From Candidatus Hydrogenedentota bacterium (GTDB lineage: Bacteria; Hydrogenedentota; Hydrogenedentia; Hydrogenedentales; Hydrogenedentaceae), in assembly GCA_026415215.1 (NCBI GenBank), contig JAOAHN010000122.1, positions 11,954-75,953 of the forward strand: a stretch of 64,000 nucleotides of DNA, given 5' to 3'. The position numbers were made by a program, and so were the translations under genes. Shown piece after piece: positions 32,409 to 41,652 of this stretch. How positions within the stretch are numbered: the first letter of the stretch is position 1; every line of letters starts with the position of its first letter. Under the pieces are notes generated by a model, which did no database searches, had not been told where the DNA came from, and saw nothing but the letters and a program-made list of their open reading frames with translations.

Positions 32409-32531
32409 ATGGATTTCAACGCAATTTTGAAAGAAATAATAGAAAAAGTGGTTGAATATTTGGTTGGTCTGATAACAAAGATAGTTTCGGATTTCTTTAC
32501 TGCACTCACTGGGAAAGAACCAGTAGATTAG
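32409..32531 (+). CDS. Small amphipathic peptide (40 aa), not in the ORF track
   Basis: ATG 32409 with AAGAAGGG upstream. Product MDFNAILKEIIEKVVEYLVGLITKIVSDFFTALTGKEPVD. Hydrophobic residues follow an i/i+3/i+4 periodicity, as in an amphipathic helix. It shares the pattern IL..II..VV..L...(n)...L.G with the preceding peptide. Confidence 0.4.
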   Translation: MDFNAILKEIIEKVVEYLVGLITKIVSDFFTALTGKEPVD

Positions 32532-32612
32532 TTACTGGTTATGTTTTATTAGTTGTAACAGGATGGTTATTTTTTTGTCTTACTTTTTTATAACTTTGTT
32601 GGAATAAAATTT

Positions 32613-33710
32613 TTGATTACCAGACGATTATTTCTGAGTTTTGCAGTTTTAGGAGGAGGGGTATGGTTTCTCAACCCTCGAAGTGGAAACTCGCTTGAGG
32701 AATCCAAAGTATCAAGAGATGTTAATAAGTTTAAGTTTTGGGGGAAACTGTGCGGTTTCAATCTACAGAACTTTTTTATGGTGCATTCCAAGCGATGTGT
32801 AGAAGAGTCGGAGATTATACTCCTGAGGGAATTAGGTTTTAATTTTGTCCGTTTTCCAATGGACTATAGATGTTGGATAAAAGGAGATAACATCTACGAT
32901 GTAAACGAAACGGTTCTCAAAGAAATAGATTCTGCAATAGATATATGTATAAAGCATGGTGTTCATGTTTGCCTAAATTTTCATAGAGCCCCAGGATGGA
33001 CTGTTGCTGAACCTCCAGAAACTCTAAACTTATGGAAAGAGGAGGAAGCCTTAAAAGCTAGCTGTTTTCATTGGAAACTTTTTGCCGAAAGGTATAGGGA
33101 TGTTTCATATAGGTATTTGAGTTATAATCTGTTTAATGAACCTCCTGCAATAAGTGAGGATGCTCACAGACGAGTTATAGGAAAGGTTATAGAAGAGATA
33201 AGAAAGATAGATAGTGAAAAGTACATTCTTTGCGATGGGAGGAGATGGGGGGCCGTTCCTCCTTTGGAACTCGCTGATTTCGATATTGTCGCATCTTTTC
33301 ACATGTATCATCCATTTACAATCACCCACTATAAGGCTGAATGGGCCGGCAAATGGGAGGGAGTTCCAGTTCCAACATATCCTTTGGAAGAAAAAGGAGT
33401 AGTGTGGAACAGGAATACTATCGAGAGTAATTATATATCGCATTGGCATAAGTTAGAGCAAAAGGGGGTTCCTATTTTCGTAGGGGAATTCGGCGCATAT
33501 AATAAGACCCCTCACGATGTTGTCATAAGGTGGATGAAGGATTGTTTGGATATTTTCCAAAAACATGGGTGGGGTTGGGCTCTTTGGAATTTTAAAGGAC
33601 CTTTTGGCCCTCTCGACTCAGGAAGAGTAGATGTGGTCTATGAAAAGAGGGGAGAGGTACTAATTGATAAAGAGATGCTAAGACTTTTGACAAGGTATTT
33701 ATCACAGTAA
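32613..33710 (+). CDS. Glycoside hydrolase family 5 (cellulase/mannanase-type)
   Basis: TTG start. GH5 motifs 'LGFNFVRFPM', 'HGVHVCLNFHRAPGW', acid/base 'YNLFNEPP', nucleophile 'IFVGEFGAYN'. N-terminal signal/TM. Confidence 0.8.
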   Translation: MITRRLFLSFAVLGGGVWFLNPRSGNSLEESKVSRDVNKFKFWGKLCGFNLQNFFMVHSKRCVEESEIILLRELGFNFVRFPMDYRCWIKGDNIYDVNETVLKEIDSAIDICIKHGVHVCLNFHRAPGWTVAEPPETLNLWKEEEALKASCFHWKLFAERYRDVSYRYLSYNLFNEPPAISEDAHRRVIGKVIEEIRKIDSEKYILCDGRRWGAVPPLELADFDIVASFHMYHPFTITHYKAEWAGKWEGVPVPTYPLEEKGVVWNRNTIESNYISHWHKLEQKGVPIFVGEFGAYNKTPHDVVIRWMKDCLDIFQKHGWGWALWNFKGPFGPLDSGRVDVVYEKRGEVLIDKEMLRLLTRYLSQ

Positions 33711-33763
33711 AGGAAGGATATTTGTTCTAAAGAATTAACTTTTATCAGCATGAGGAACAAACA

Positions 33764-36238
33764 ATGAAAAGGTGTTTTTTCTTATTTTTTACCTCAATAG
33801 CTCTTTCTACTATGAGTTTCTCCGAACATTGGGGAAATGCAGAGGAATCATTAGATTTACCTCTTACACTTATTCAAGAGGGGAAACAACTTTCTTCGAA
33901 AGTTGTCAAAGCAAGCTGTAAGTTAAAAGGTTTAGCTTTTTATGATTACGGTGATATATTAGAATTTGTTTTCCCCACCTCTAAGGGGCTTAGACAAGAT
34001 TTTCTTGTTTTGGGGAGAATAAGTTCTTACGGCGAAGACTATGTCAAATTGAGAGTAAGGTTAAGATACGACTTTCAGATTCTCCATGTATCTGAAAAAG
34101 AAGTAGTTATAAGACATGTTCTTAGTGATAAGAAAATCGTTTATGCAGGGCTTAGAGTTTTTGATAGCTATGGTAATGTTTTGCCTTCTTTTTTTGTGGG
34201 GGAAAAGGATAATAGTGCCTCCTTATTGGTAAAGGATCTCAATGCCAAGTATCCAATTTACATTGATCCTACTTATTTAGATGAAGACTGGGAAAGCATA
34301 AGTCCTAATTTTACAAATGGAGTTATTAATTGTGTTGATTGTACTGATAGTGGGGTAATTTATGCAGGTGGAGCTTTTACTTTGATAAATAATGTTTCTG
34401 CTAATAGAATTGCAAAGTACTATAATTCTCAATGGCAACCCATGGGACAAGGGTTTAATAACACAGTTTATGCAGTTTTAGTATTAAATAATGTGCAAGT
34501 GTGTGCAGGAGGAGCTTTTACTAATTCTGGTGGTAATTCACGAAACAGAATTTCTTTATGGAACGGTTATGCATGGACAGCTATGGACACAGGATTTAAT
34601 GAGAAAGTATATGCATTAGCTAAAAGTGTAGACGGAAAGATATTTGCAGGGGGATCTTTTACAAGGTCTGGAAATGGTGCTAAGAATTTAAACCACATAG
34701 CTTTTTGGAATGGTTCATATTGGGATGAACCTTCTTTGGGAGTAGGAGGCCAATCCGATTATGTCCTAGCGCTTTCTGCAGATAGTATAGGAAATATATA
34801 TGTAGGCGGTAAATTTCAGTATGCTGGTGGGGTAAGTGCTTCGAACATAGCTCGATGGAATATCAATACATCTACTTGGCATCGGTTATCAAATGGTGTG
34901 AATGGAATTGTAAATGCATTAGCGGTAGATTCTCAGAATAGGCTATATGTAGGAGGTGAGTTTACCTCTGCGGGAGGTAATCCTGCTTATAGAGTCGCGG
35001 TGTGGAATGGAACATCCTGGTCTTCTTTGGGGACAGGTGTAGATGGTGCAGTTTATGCTTTGGAAGTTAGTAATGAGTTCACACTTTTTGTTGGAGGTGG
35101 CTTTAACTACACAGGTGGAGGGATAGGTCCAAATCACCTCGGTTGGTGGCATAGAGGTCAGTGGAATCCAATTACCTCAGGGATTCAAGGCAGTAGTTTT
35201 TCAATCAGGGGATTATCTTTGGACAGTGGTTCAAATTTATATGTTGCAGGTAGTTTCTATGGGGCAGGGGGTATTGAGAGTTATAACATTGCTAAACTAA
35301 GGAAACCTCCTTTATTTGAAATTAGGTATATTTCAGGAGGGGGTGGAATTATTTTAGGACAGCCAGTTCAACAGGTAATGAGGGGAGATAATGGAACTGA
35401 GGTAGTTGCCCAACCCCTTGTTGGTTTTCAATTCGACAGATGGTCAGATGGTTTAACTTCCCCTTCGAGAATAGATACAAACATAACCTCTAATGTACAG
35501 TTAACCGCATATTTTCTGCCAGTTGGGGAAGGTGTTAATGAAGGGAGTGAAGATGGCACACCTGAAGGGCTTGGAGAGGGGGAACCTGATGGTATCGGAG
35601 AGGGTATAGTTGAAGGTGAGGGAATCAGCGAAGGAGTTTACGAGGGCGAAGGTGAAAATGAGGGGATTATAGATGGCGAATTAGAAGGTTCTTTGGATGG
35701 GATTGTCGAGGGTTTGTTTGAAGGCACTGAAGAAGGTCAAATAGAAGGAGTGATAGAAGGGTCTGAAGAGGGATCGGGGGGAATTGAGGGTGAGGGTGGA
35801 GAAGGAGTACCGAATGAGGGAGAGTTAGAGGGGAGTATAGAGGGGGAAAATCACCTTGTAGTTTGGATTGATGCTCCAAGTATATTAGACAAAAGAGTCG
35901 GTGAAAGCCTATCGTTATTAGCGAGAACTTCAGGTGGAATAGGAGACATATCTTTTCAGTGGTATTATAAAGATACCAATAATGTCGTATATAGGTTAGA
36001 TAATCAAATTCAACCCCTTTTATATATTGAAAACCTCGAGTTAGAGGACACCGGTTACTATTGGTGTGAAGTTTCGGATACTTTTTCGGTAGTCCCCAGT
36101 AATGAAATATATGTGAGGGTAAGTGTAGGCTTAGAAACAATTACTGTTTTCTCTGTTATAATTTTAGCATCCGCGATATTGTATTTATTTGCCTTGGTTA
36201 TTGATAACCACTCTAAAAGAGGAGAACATCATGTATGA
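33764..36238 (+). CDS. Large secreted surface protein: tandem ~57-aa propeller-type repeats, an acidic EG-rich spacer, an Ig-like domain and a C-terminal TM anchor
   Basis: Signal peptide. At least 7 repeats of the pattern 'vYaGGxFtxxGGxxxxxIAxWNGxxW' (nt ~34330-35290). An Ig-like module with 'EDTGYYWCEV'. C-terminal hydrophobic 'ITVFSVIILASAILYLFALVI' followed by 'DNHSKRGEHHV'. Confidence 0.6.
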   Translation: MKRCFFLFFTSIALSTMSFSEHWGNAEESLDLPLTLIQEGKQLSSKVVKASCKLKGLAFYDYGDILEFVFPTSKGLRQDFLVLGRISSYGEDYVKLRVRLRYDFQILHVSEKEVVIRHVLSDKKIVYAGLRVFDSYGNVLPSFFVGEKDNSASLLVKDLNAKYPIYIDPTYLDEDWESISPNFTNGVINCVDCTDSGVIYAGGAFTLINNVSANRIAKYYNSQWQPMGQGFNNTVYAVLVLNNVQVCAGGAFTNSGGNSRNRISLWNGYAWTAMDTGFNEKVYALAKSVDGKIFAGGSFTRSGNGAKNLNHIAFWNGSYWDEPSLGVGGQSDYVLALSADSIGNIYVGGKFQYAGGVSASNIARWNINTSTWHRLSNGVNGIVNALAVDSQNRLYVGGEFTSAGGNPAYRVAVWNGTSWSSLGTGVDGAVYALEVSNEFTLFVGGGFNYTGGGIGPNHLGWWHRGQWNPITSGIQGSSFSIRGLSLDSGSNLYVAGSFYGAGGIESYNIAKLRKPPLFEIRYISGGGGIILGQPVQQVMRGDNGTEVVAQPLVGFQFDRWSDGLTSPSRIDTNITSNVQLTAYFLPVGEGVNEGSEDGTPEGLGEGEPDGIGEGIVEGEGISEGVYEGEGENEGIIDGELEGSLDGIVEGLFEGTEEGQIEGVIEGSEEGSGGIEGEGGEGVPNEGELEGSIEGENHLVVWIDAPSILDKRVGESLSLLARTSGGIGDISFQWYYKDTNNVVYRLDNQIQPLLYIENLELEDTGYYWCEVSDTFSVVPSNEIYVRVSVGLETITVFSVIILASAILYLFALVIDNHSKRGEHHV
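35524..35850 (+). repeat. In-frame low-complexity acidic (x-E-G-x)n repeat inside the surface protein
   Basis: About 110 aa of 'GEGVNEGSEDGTPEGLGEGEPDGIGEGIVEGEGISEGVYEGEGENEGIIDGELEGS...'. It is an imperfect codon-level repeat, not a nucleotide-perfect tandem. Confidence 0.7.
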
Positions 36239-38634
36239 GATATATATGTTGTTTTACTCTAATACTCTCCTATATATTATTGATAAATCTAAGGACATTC
36301 TCCGAGAATCTTTCTATAAATGATTTTGAAGCTATACTTATAGAAGACAATCATTTTCCACTCGAGCCTCAAAATACTGCTCTTAAGGTTTTGGTTGAAG
36401 AAATTGAACGGAGAACCGCAGTAAAGATTAAGGTCTCAAATAGGTTAAAAGAAGGAGGAATTATAGTTCTATCAACTTGGCGAAAGATTAAGGAAGTTAC
36501 AAAAGGAAAAAAATATGGAGCTATAAGAGAATTTAAACCGGAGGAACATGGAAGATTTTCCGATGAAGGATACATTCTTTTTGTTGATAAATCCGGTGAC
36601 AGGTTGCCAATTCTCTGGATAATCGGCTATGACCATCGCGGTATTCTCTTTGGGGTTGGCAAATTGTTACGGATAGCAGAGTTTTGCGATGGTAAAGTAA
36701 GCATTCCTCATAAATTGTGTCTCGTCTCTTCACCTATTTCGCCCATTAGAGGACATCAGTTGGGTTATCGAGCAAGAGCAAATTCGTATGACGCTTGGGA
36801 TGTCCCGCAATATGAAAAATATATTAGAGAACTTGCATTTTTTGGAAATAATAGTGTTGAGAATATCCCTTTCCAAGATGAACAGTTCTCTCCTCATATG
36901 AAAGTTCCTCGCAGGGAAATGAATAAGGCGATAAGCCAAATATGTAAGATTTATGGTTTGGATTATTGGGTCTGGGTTCCTGCAGATTTCGATTTAAGGG
37001 ATAGCGAGAAACGAGAGAATATGTTAAGACTGCACAAGGAACTGTATTCAGATTGTCCGGAAATTACAGGGGTATTTTTCCCGGGAGGAGACCCAGGAGA
37101 TAATCCTCCGGAACTCGTAATACCTTTTTTGGAAGACCTTTCTCGGATTCTCTTGCCTATACATCCCAAAGCCAGTATATGGCTTTCGCTACAAGGTTTT
37201 TCACCCTCTCAGTCTAAGTATGTTTTTGATTATTTGAGAAGAGAGAGACCGAAATGGTTTGGAGGAATATGTGAGGGTCCTTCAAGTCCACCTATTGCAT
37301 ATTTAAGAAAAGAACTTCCAGATGAATATAGATTAAGAATGTATCCTGATATTACTCATAATAAGCTTTGTCAGTATCCTGTTCCATGGTGGGATTTAGC
37401 CTTTGCTCTAACTCATGGGAGAGAAGGAATTAACCCGCGGCCAGTTCAGTATGCTTATATACATAATTGGTTTCAACCATATTGTGATGGATTCATCACA
37501 TATTCTGATGGTATTCACGATGATGTAAATAAAGTTGTCTGGAGTGCTTCAGGGTGGGACCCTTCTCAAAATGTGAGGGAAATTTTATATGAGTATTGTA
37601 ATGTATTTTTCGGCACTGGCATTGCTGAGCTTGCAGTTGAGGGAATCTTAGCTTTGGAGAAAAATTGGCGAGGTCCCGCAATTGATAATGGTTCAATCGA
37701 AGGGACTCTTTTGATTTGGCAAAAGTTGGAAGAGATGGCACCTAAACTTAAGGATAATTGGAGATGGCAATTATGTCTCGTCCGAGCATATTATGATGCG
37801 TATGTGAGGCGTCGATTAGTTTATGAGACAAAACTTGAAGGGGAGGCTTCGGAGATTCTAATTAATGCCAAAGAGTTTGGTTCTGAAAGAGCCATTGATA
37901 TGGCTAATGGGATACTACTTCGTGCTATAACCGAACCCGTAGCTCCAGATTTGAGAAAGAAAATAGAAAAGCTGTTTGATGATTTATTTAAAAGCATTGG
38001 CCTTCAGTCAAGTGTGGAGAAATATGGTGCCAGTGGAGGAGAGAGGGGAGCATCACTTGACTACCTTGATATACCTCTAAATAATAGGTGGTGGTTGGAG
38101 GATGAATTTGTGAAGATTTCTAATCTTCATAGAGAGGAAGAAAAATTAAAGCGGTTGTGTGAACTTGGAAAATGGGAGAAACCTGGATATGGTTCGTTTT
38201 ACGATGATGTAGGAAATACAGCAAAATCTCCCCGGATAAAGAGATGTGAAGCTCCAGTTACCAATCCAGCTGAGGAGGCATGGCCTGAGCCTACTCTTTG
38301 GTGGTTTGAAGAGGGTAAAAGTAGAAAGAGATTATCGTGGCTTTCCTCCCTTGAAGAAGGAGAGGCTTTGTATCAGGGATTAAACCCTGACAAAGCCTAT
38401 AGAGTTAGTTTCACTGGATACGGTATTCCACAAATTTTTGTTGATGGGGAAAAGGTTTCAAAAGAAGACGAGAAAATTTTAGAATTGGGGGAGGTACGGT
38501 CTTATGCCATCCCTCAGGAAGCGGTTGAAGATAGAGAGATAGTTTTGAAATGGAGATTGCACCCTTCAGACTTTAGGAAAAACTGGAGGCAAAGGTCAAG
38601 AATTTGCGAAATATGGCTAATTTGTGAGAACTAA
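36235..38634 (+). CDS. Hypothetical secreted protein (799 aa), possibly glycosidase-like
   Basis: Signal peptide. The ATG overlaps the upstream stop as ATGA, implying translational coupling. No confident family; 'FFPGGDPGD' resembles the GH20-like 'GGDE' region only weakly. Confidence 0.3.
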   Translation: MRYICCFTLILSYILLINLRTFSENLSINDFEAILIEDNHFPLEPQNTALKVLVEEIERRTAVKIKVSNRLKEGGIIVLSTWRKIKEVTKGKKYGAIREFKPEEHGRFSDEGYILFVDKSGDRLPILWIIGYDHRGILFGVGKLLRIAEFCDGKVSIPHKLCLVSSPISPIRGHQLGYRARANSYDAWDVPQYEKYIRELAFFGNNSVENIPFQDEQFSPHMKVPRREMNKAISQICKIYGLDYWVWVPADFDLRDSEKRENMLRLHKELYSDCPEITGVFFPGGDPGDNPPELVIPFLEDLSRILLPIHPKASIWLSLQGFSPSQSKYVFDYLRRERPKWFGGICEGPSSPPIAYLRKELPDEYRLRMYPDITHNKLCQYPVPWWDLAFALTHGREGINPRPVQYAYIHNWFQPYCDGFITYSDGIHDDVNKVVWSASGWDPSQNVREILYEYCNVFFGTGIAELAVEGILALEKNWRGPAIDNGSIEGTLLIWQKLEEMAPKLKDNWRWQLCLVRAYYDAYVRRRLVYETKLEGEASEILINAKEFGSERAIDMANGILLRAITEPVAPDLRKKIEKLFDDLFKSIGLQSSVEKYGASGGERGASLDYLDIPLNNRWWLEDEFVKISNLHREEEKLKRLCELGKWEKPGYGSFYDDVGNTAKSPRIKRCEAPVTNPAEEAWPEPTLWWFEEGKSRKRLSWLSSLEEGEALYQGLNPDKAYRVSFTGYGIPQIFVDGEKVSKEDEKILELGEVRSYAIPQEAVEDREIVLKWRLHPSDFRKNWRQRSRICEIWLICEN

Positions 38635-38692
38635 TTATCTCGTTTTGGTATTATAAAAATGTAGTTAAGCAAGGATGAAGAGGTGTAAGTTT

Positions 38693-38836
38693 ATGTTTGA
38701 TATAAGAGATAATACTTTCGAGAAACAGATTGATTCCGATTACACTCAGGAAATATATATTACTCCTTTTACAATAGTTATGTGGTTGATTGGATTCTTC
38801 ATAATTCTCCTTGCTTCACTTGAGCAAATCTTTTAG
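38693..38836 (+). CDS. Small membrane protein (47 aa), not in the ORF track
   Basis: Product MFDIRDNTFEKQIDSDYTQEIYITPFTIVMWLIGFFIILLASLEQIF, with a C-terminal TM helix. An alternative in-frame ATG lies at 38675. Confidence 0.3.
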   Translation: MFDIRDNTFEKQIDSDYTQEIYITPFTIVMWLIGFFIILLASLEQIF

Positions 38837-38884
38837 TATCTTTCCTCTACCTCCCTCCTTATTATTTATATCCTAATCCGTTGC

Positions 38885-40309
38885 TTGTATTGTAAACATA
38901 AGTTTTTGTTATGTTTGTTTCTTTTGATTGTAAGTTTTGCTGAGTTTCAATATTTAGTTAAATTGATATTTAACTTTATACATAAGGAGAGAAGTACTTT
39001 GAAGAAAAGATTGTTGTATGTAGATTTCTTTCGCGGATTTTTTATAGTTTATATAATTTGGCTTCACGCCTTTAATGCTGTGGTTTATAACAATGATCCC
39101 CAATCTATCGATAACGCAAATCCGTGGATTTTTGTGATACTCGCTCCACTTGTAATTATGGCTACTTGGGCTCCCATTTTTGTTTTTCTTTCCGGCACAG
39201 CTCATGCCTACTCAATGCATCAGACCTTGCTTAATTATAATAGGATAAGAAGCATCACCCCTGAGCTGAACAAATCGTTATTGGGAGGTTTAGTTAATTC
39301 ATTCTTACTGATATTTTATTCTTTTATTAATATGACATTCTTTCACCATAGAATGCCTTTCAACGGCAGATTTTATGAGACTTTAATTACTGGATACATT
39401 TGGAAGGGAGCTTTTCCTGATTTTTCAATAGATATTCTCTTCTACACAGATGCACTTGGAAACATTGGTATTAGTCTTTTCTTTTTGCATATAACATTGT
39501 ATGCACTTTGGCGTTCAGGGGAATTGTTTGATAGGAGATATACCTTTCGGGTATTGTCCGGAATAGGGTTCACATTGCTATTCATTTCCCCTGTGATCCA
39601 CAATTCACTGGACCCAATTTTTTATCAGTCTATTCAAGACAAAAATTGGGTAGTATCATGGGTCCTAAAGTTTCTTTTAGCACCTTTACCTAATATGGCT
39701 TATGGTTATCTTGGGGCAGTTTTTGGTATAGCACTATCGGAGAGAGTAGAACTCCATAAGATTAAGTGGTATGGATACAGCGTTGGAGGAGTGTTGGTAT
39801 TTATAGCCTGTGCAATTATAAATTCGGAAGGACTTGCTCCTTCAGAGTTTGCTAACTCTCCGTTGCCAATTAAAATCCAAATTCTGGATGCGGGTTTGAT
39901 AGTAATCTTAACCACCTTGTTTATTTCCCTGATGGAATATACAACAGAGGAGAAAAGAAAATGGTGGGCGGAGCACACCATATTTTTTAGAAGAATTAGT
40001 ATGGTGGCTTTGACAATCTTTATTTTGGAAGGACCAGTTGCAGTAACTTTAGGAAGATTGTATCTACTAATAATTGGTTCCCCATCAGAATTTCCTAAAA
40101 ATCCGTTGTACATAATTCCGTTCATTATGCTTGTTCTTTTGTTTTGGTATTTTGTGGCCAAGTTATGGGAAAAAATAGGATTTAAGTATGGTGCAGAGTG
40201 GCTCTCAGTTCAGATAGTGGGTTGGTTTAGGAATAGAAAGTCTTTGAGATTAGACCCTGCTTATGCTCTTTATCATAGGTCAAAGTATGCATCCATAAGA
40301 GAAGAGTGA
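38885..40309 (+). CDS. Multi-pass membrane protein, acyltransferase-3/DUF1624 (HGSNAT-like) candidate
   Basis: More than 10 TM helices. The N-terminal 'KKRLLYVDFFRGFFIVYIIWLH' resembles the R-x-x-x-D-x-FRG opening of membrane acyltransferases and DUF1624. Confidence 0.4.
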   Translation: MYCKHKFLLCLFLLIVSFAEFQYLVKLIFNFIHKERSTLKKRLLYVDFFRGFFIVYIIWLHAFNAVVYNNDPQSIDNANPWIFVILAPLVIMATWAPIFVFLSGTAHAYSMHQTLLNYNRIRSITPELNKSLLGGLVNSFLLIFYSFINMTFFHHRMPFNGRFYETLITGYIWKGAFPDFSIDILFYTDALGNIGISLFFLHITLYALWRSGELFDRRYTFRVLSGIGFTLLFISPVIHNSLDPIFYQSIQDKNWVVSWVLKFLLAPLPNMAYGYLGAVFGIALSERVELHKIKWYGYSVGGVLVFIACAIINSEGLAPSEFANSPLPIKIQILDAGLIVILTTLFISLMEYTTEEKRKWWAEHTIFFRRISMVALTIFILEGPVAVTLGRLYLLIIGSPSEFPKNPLYIIPFIMLVLLFWYFVAKLWEKIGFKYGAEWLSVQIVGWFRNRKSLRLDPAYALYHRSKYASIREE

Positions 40310-40343
40310 AAGACTATTAAATAAGATTTTTGAAAGAAAATTT

Positions 40344-41177
40344 CTATTTCGTTTTATTCCTGAGAAAAGAAGAAAGTTTAGAAGGGAAATCTGTATTAAT
40401 CAAGTCAACCCCCTCTGAGTATAGTATTTCCCAAGCTGTTTCTGTTTGTGGTGCTGACCAAAATCTTAATTTCCTACCTTGCTCGTGGGCCTTTTTCACA
40501 AGTTCTCTCAATTTCTTAATTTCCTCGGAAGGGATTTCTCCAACTCCAAGCCAGCTGAAGACAGATAGCCAGGAAGCACTAACCCAAGGCACGAGTGTAT
40601 TAGGTGGGTTACTTTCTAAATCATTCAGCCTTCCATCTATAAATACTAACCTTGTATTTTCTTTAGTAATGGTTTCACGAGGAACACTACCCGATATCAC
40701 TATTGTAACCCCACCTTTTATTAAATTCCTCTCGACTACTTTTGTTAAGTATTTTTCATAGGGCTTCAAATATTCTTTGAGTAGAGAATATGTTTCTTCA
40801 GGATTGTTTTTAATATCTATCAGAAGATAGAAATCTGTAGGTACCCTAAATACATAACCATTATTTTTTTCGACCTGTTCAAATAGCGGGATAAGATACA
40901 TACTTTTCAGATTCTTTTCGGGTTTACAATTTTCAAGGTCGTGGCATACTAAAAGATCTCCCTCCACGAGATGGACATCTGCTTCTACACTACAAAAGCC
41001 TGCATTCAGTGCATCGAATAGAGGTTTTTCCCGTATGTAGTCATTGTGAGAGTGAGCTCTTGATAGGGGGATAATGTCTTCCTCTGCACCCGCTGGAAAT
41101 GTGGAGAGGTATGTAACTATTCCTATGATAAGAAAAATTAGAAAATTATTTAGTAAGCATTGTGACTTATAAAACAT
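40344..41177 (-). CDS. Glycerophosphodiester phosphodiesterase family protein (secreted)
   Basis: Signal/TM at the N-terminus. 'HSHNDY...EADVHLVEGDLLVCHD' is a GDPD/PI-PLC-X-like catalytic His/Glu/Asp arrangement. Confidence 0.5.
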   Translation of the reverse strand: MFYKSQCLLNNFLIFLIIGIVTYLSTFPAGAEEDIIPLSRAHSHNDYIREKPLFDALNAGFCSVEADVHLVEGDLLVCHDLENCKPEKNLKSMYLIPLFEQVEKNNGYVFRVPTDFYLLIDIKNNPEETYSLLKEYLKPYEKYLTKVVERNLIKGGVTIVISGSVPRETITKENTRLVFIDGRLNDLESNPPNTLVPWVSASWLSVFSWLGVGEIPSEEIKKLRELVKKAHEQGRKLRFWSAPQTETAWEILYSEGVDLINTDFPSKLSSFLRNKTK

Positions 41178-41181
41178 AAGA

Positions 41182-41652
41182 CTACATTTTTTCTAATTCT
41201 GAAGAAGTTGGCAGAGTATAAGGAGTAACCATGGCACTCGCGATGGCGTGGACCTTTTCTCTGTAGTCGAATACTTTAGCGTTTAGAAATAACATCTTTC
41301 TGCTTTTTGCGCCGATATATGTCTCTACGGTTAAAGCGGAAGAGTTCGCAGGCACTGGATTTATTAATGAGAACTCAGTATGAATAGGAATGCAAGGTTT
41401 TTTTGCAAGAGAGTATGCAAAACAATAGAACGCCTCAGTGAGAGCCATGTATAAATAGCCTGGACTTATAAACCCCAAACTATCTTGGTATTTAGGGTTG
41501 CAAGGAAGGATAAAGTTCATACTTTTCCCTGCCTGTATCCCACTGATACTCATTTTGAGCTCAGTGAAACAAGTAGAGGGCCATGATACCTTTATTCCCT
41601 CTACTTTGTATTGTGACAAGGTAGTAAAAAACTGTTCTGTAAAACTATCCAC
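41182..41652 (-). CDS. Hypothetical protein (GTG start)
   Basis: 156 aa with no confident domain. Perhaps a hotdog-like fold. A perfect hairpin overlaps its start. Confidence 0.3.
   Translation of the reverse strand: MDSFTEQFFTTLSQYKVEGIKVSWPSTCFTELKMSISGIQAGKSMNFILPCNPKYQDSLGFISPGYLYMALTEAFYCFAYSLAKKPCIPIHTEFSLINPVPANSSALTVETYIGAKSRKMLFLNAKVFDYREKVHAIASAMVTPYTLPTSSELEKM

Noticed and set aside
35524-35850. The EG-rich stretch as a possible nucleotide tandem repeat or CRISPR-like array
   Set aside because: The repetition is at codon level (gag/gaa-ggn), imperfect and in frame within a long ORF. It has no regular repeat-spacer structure.
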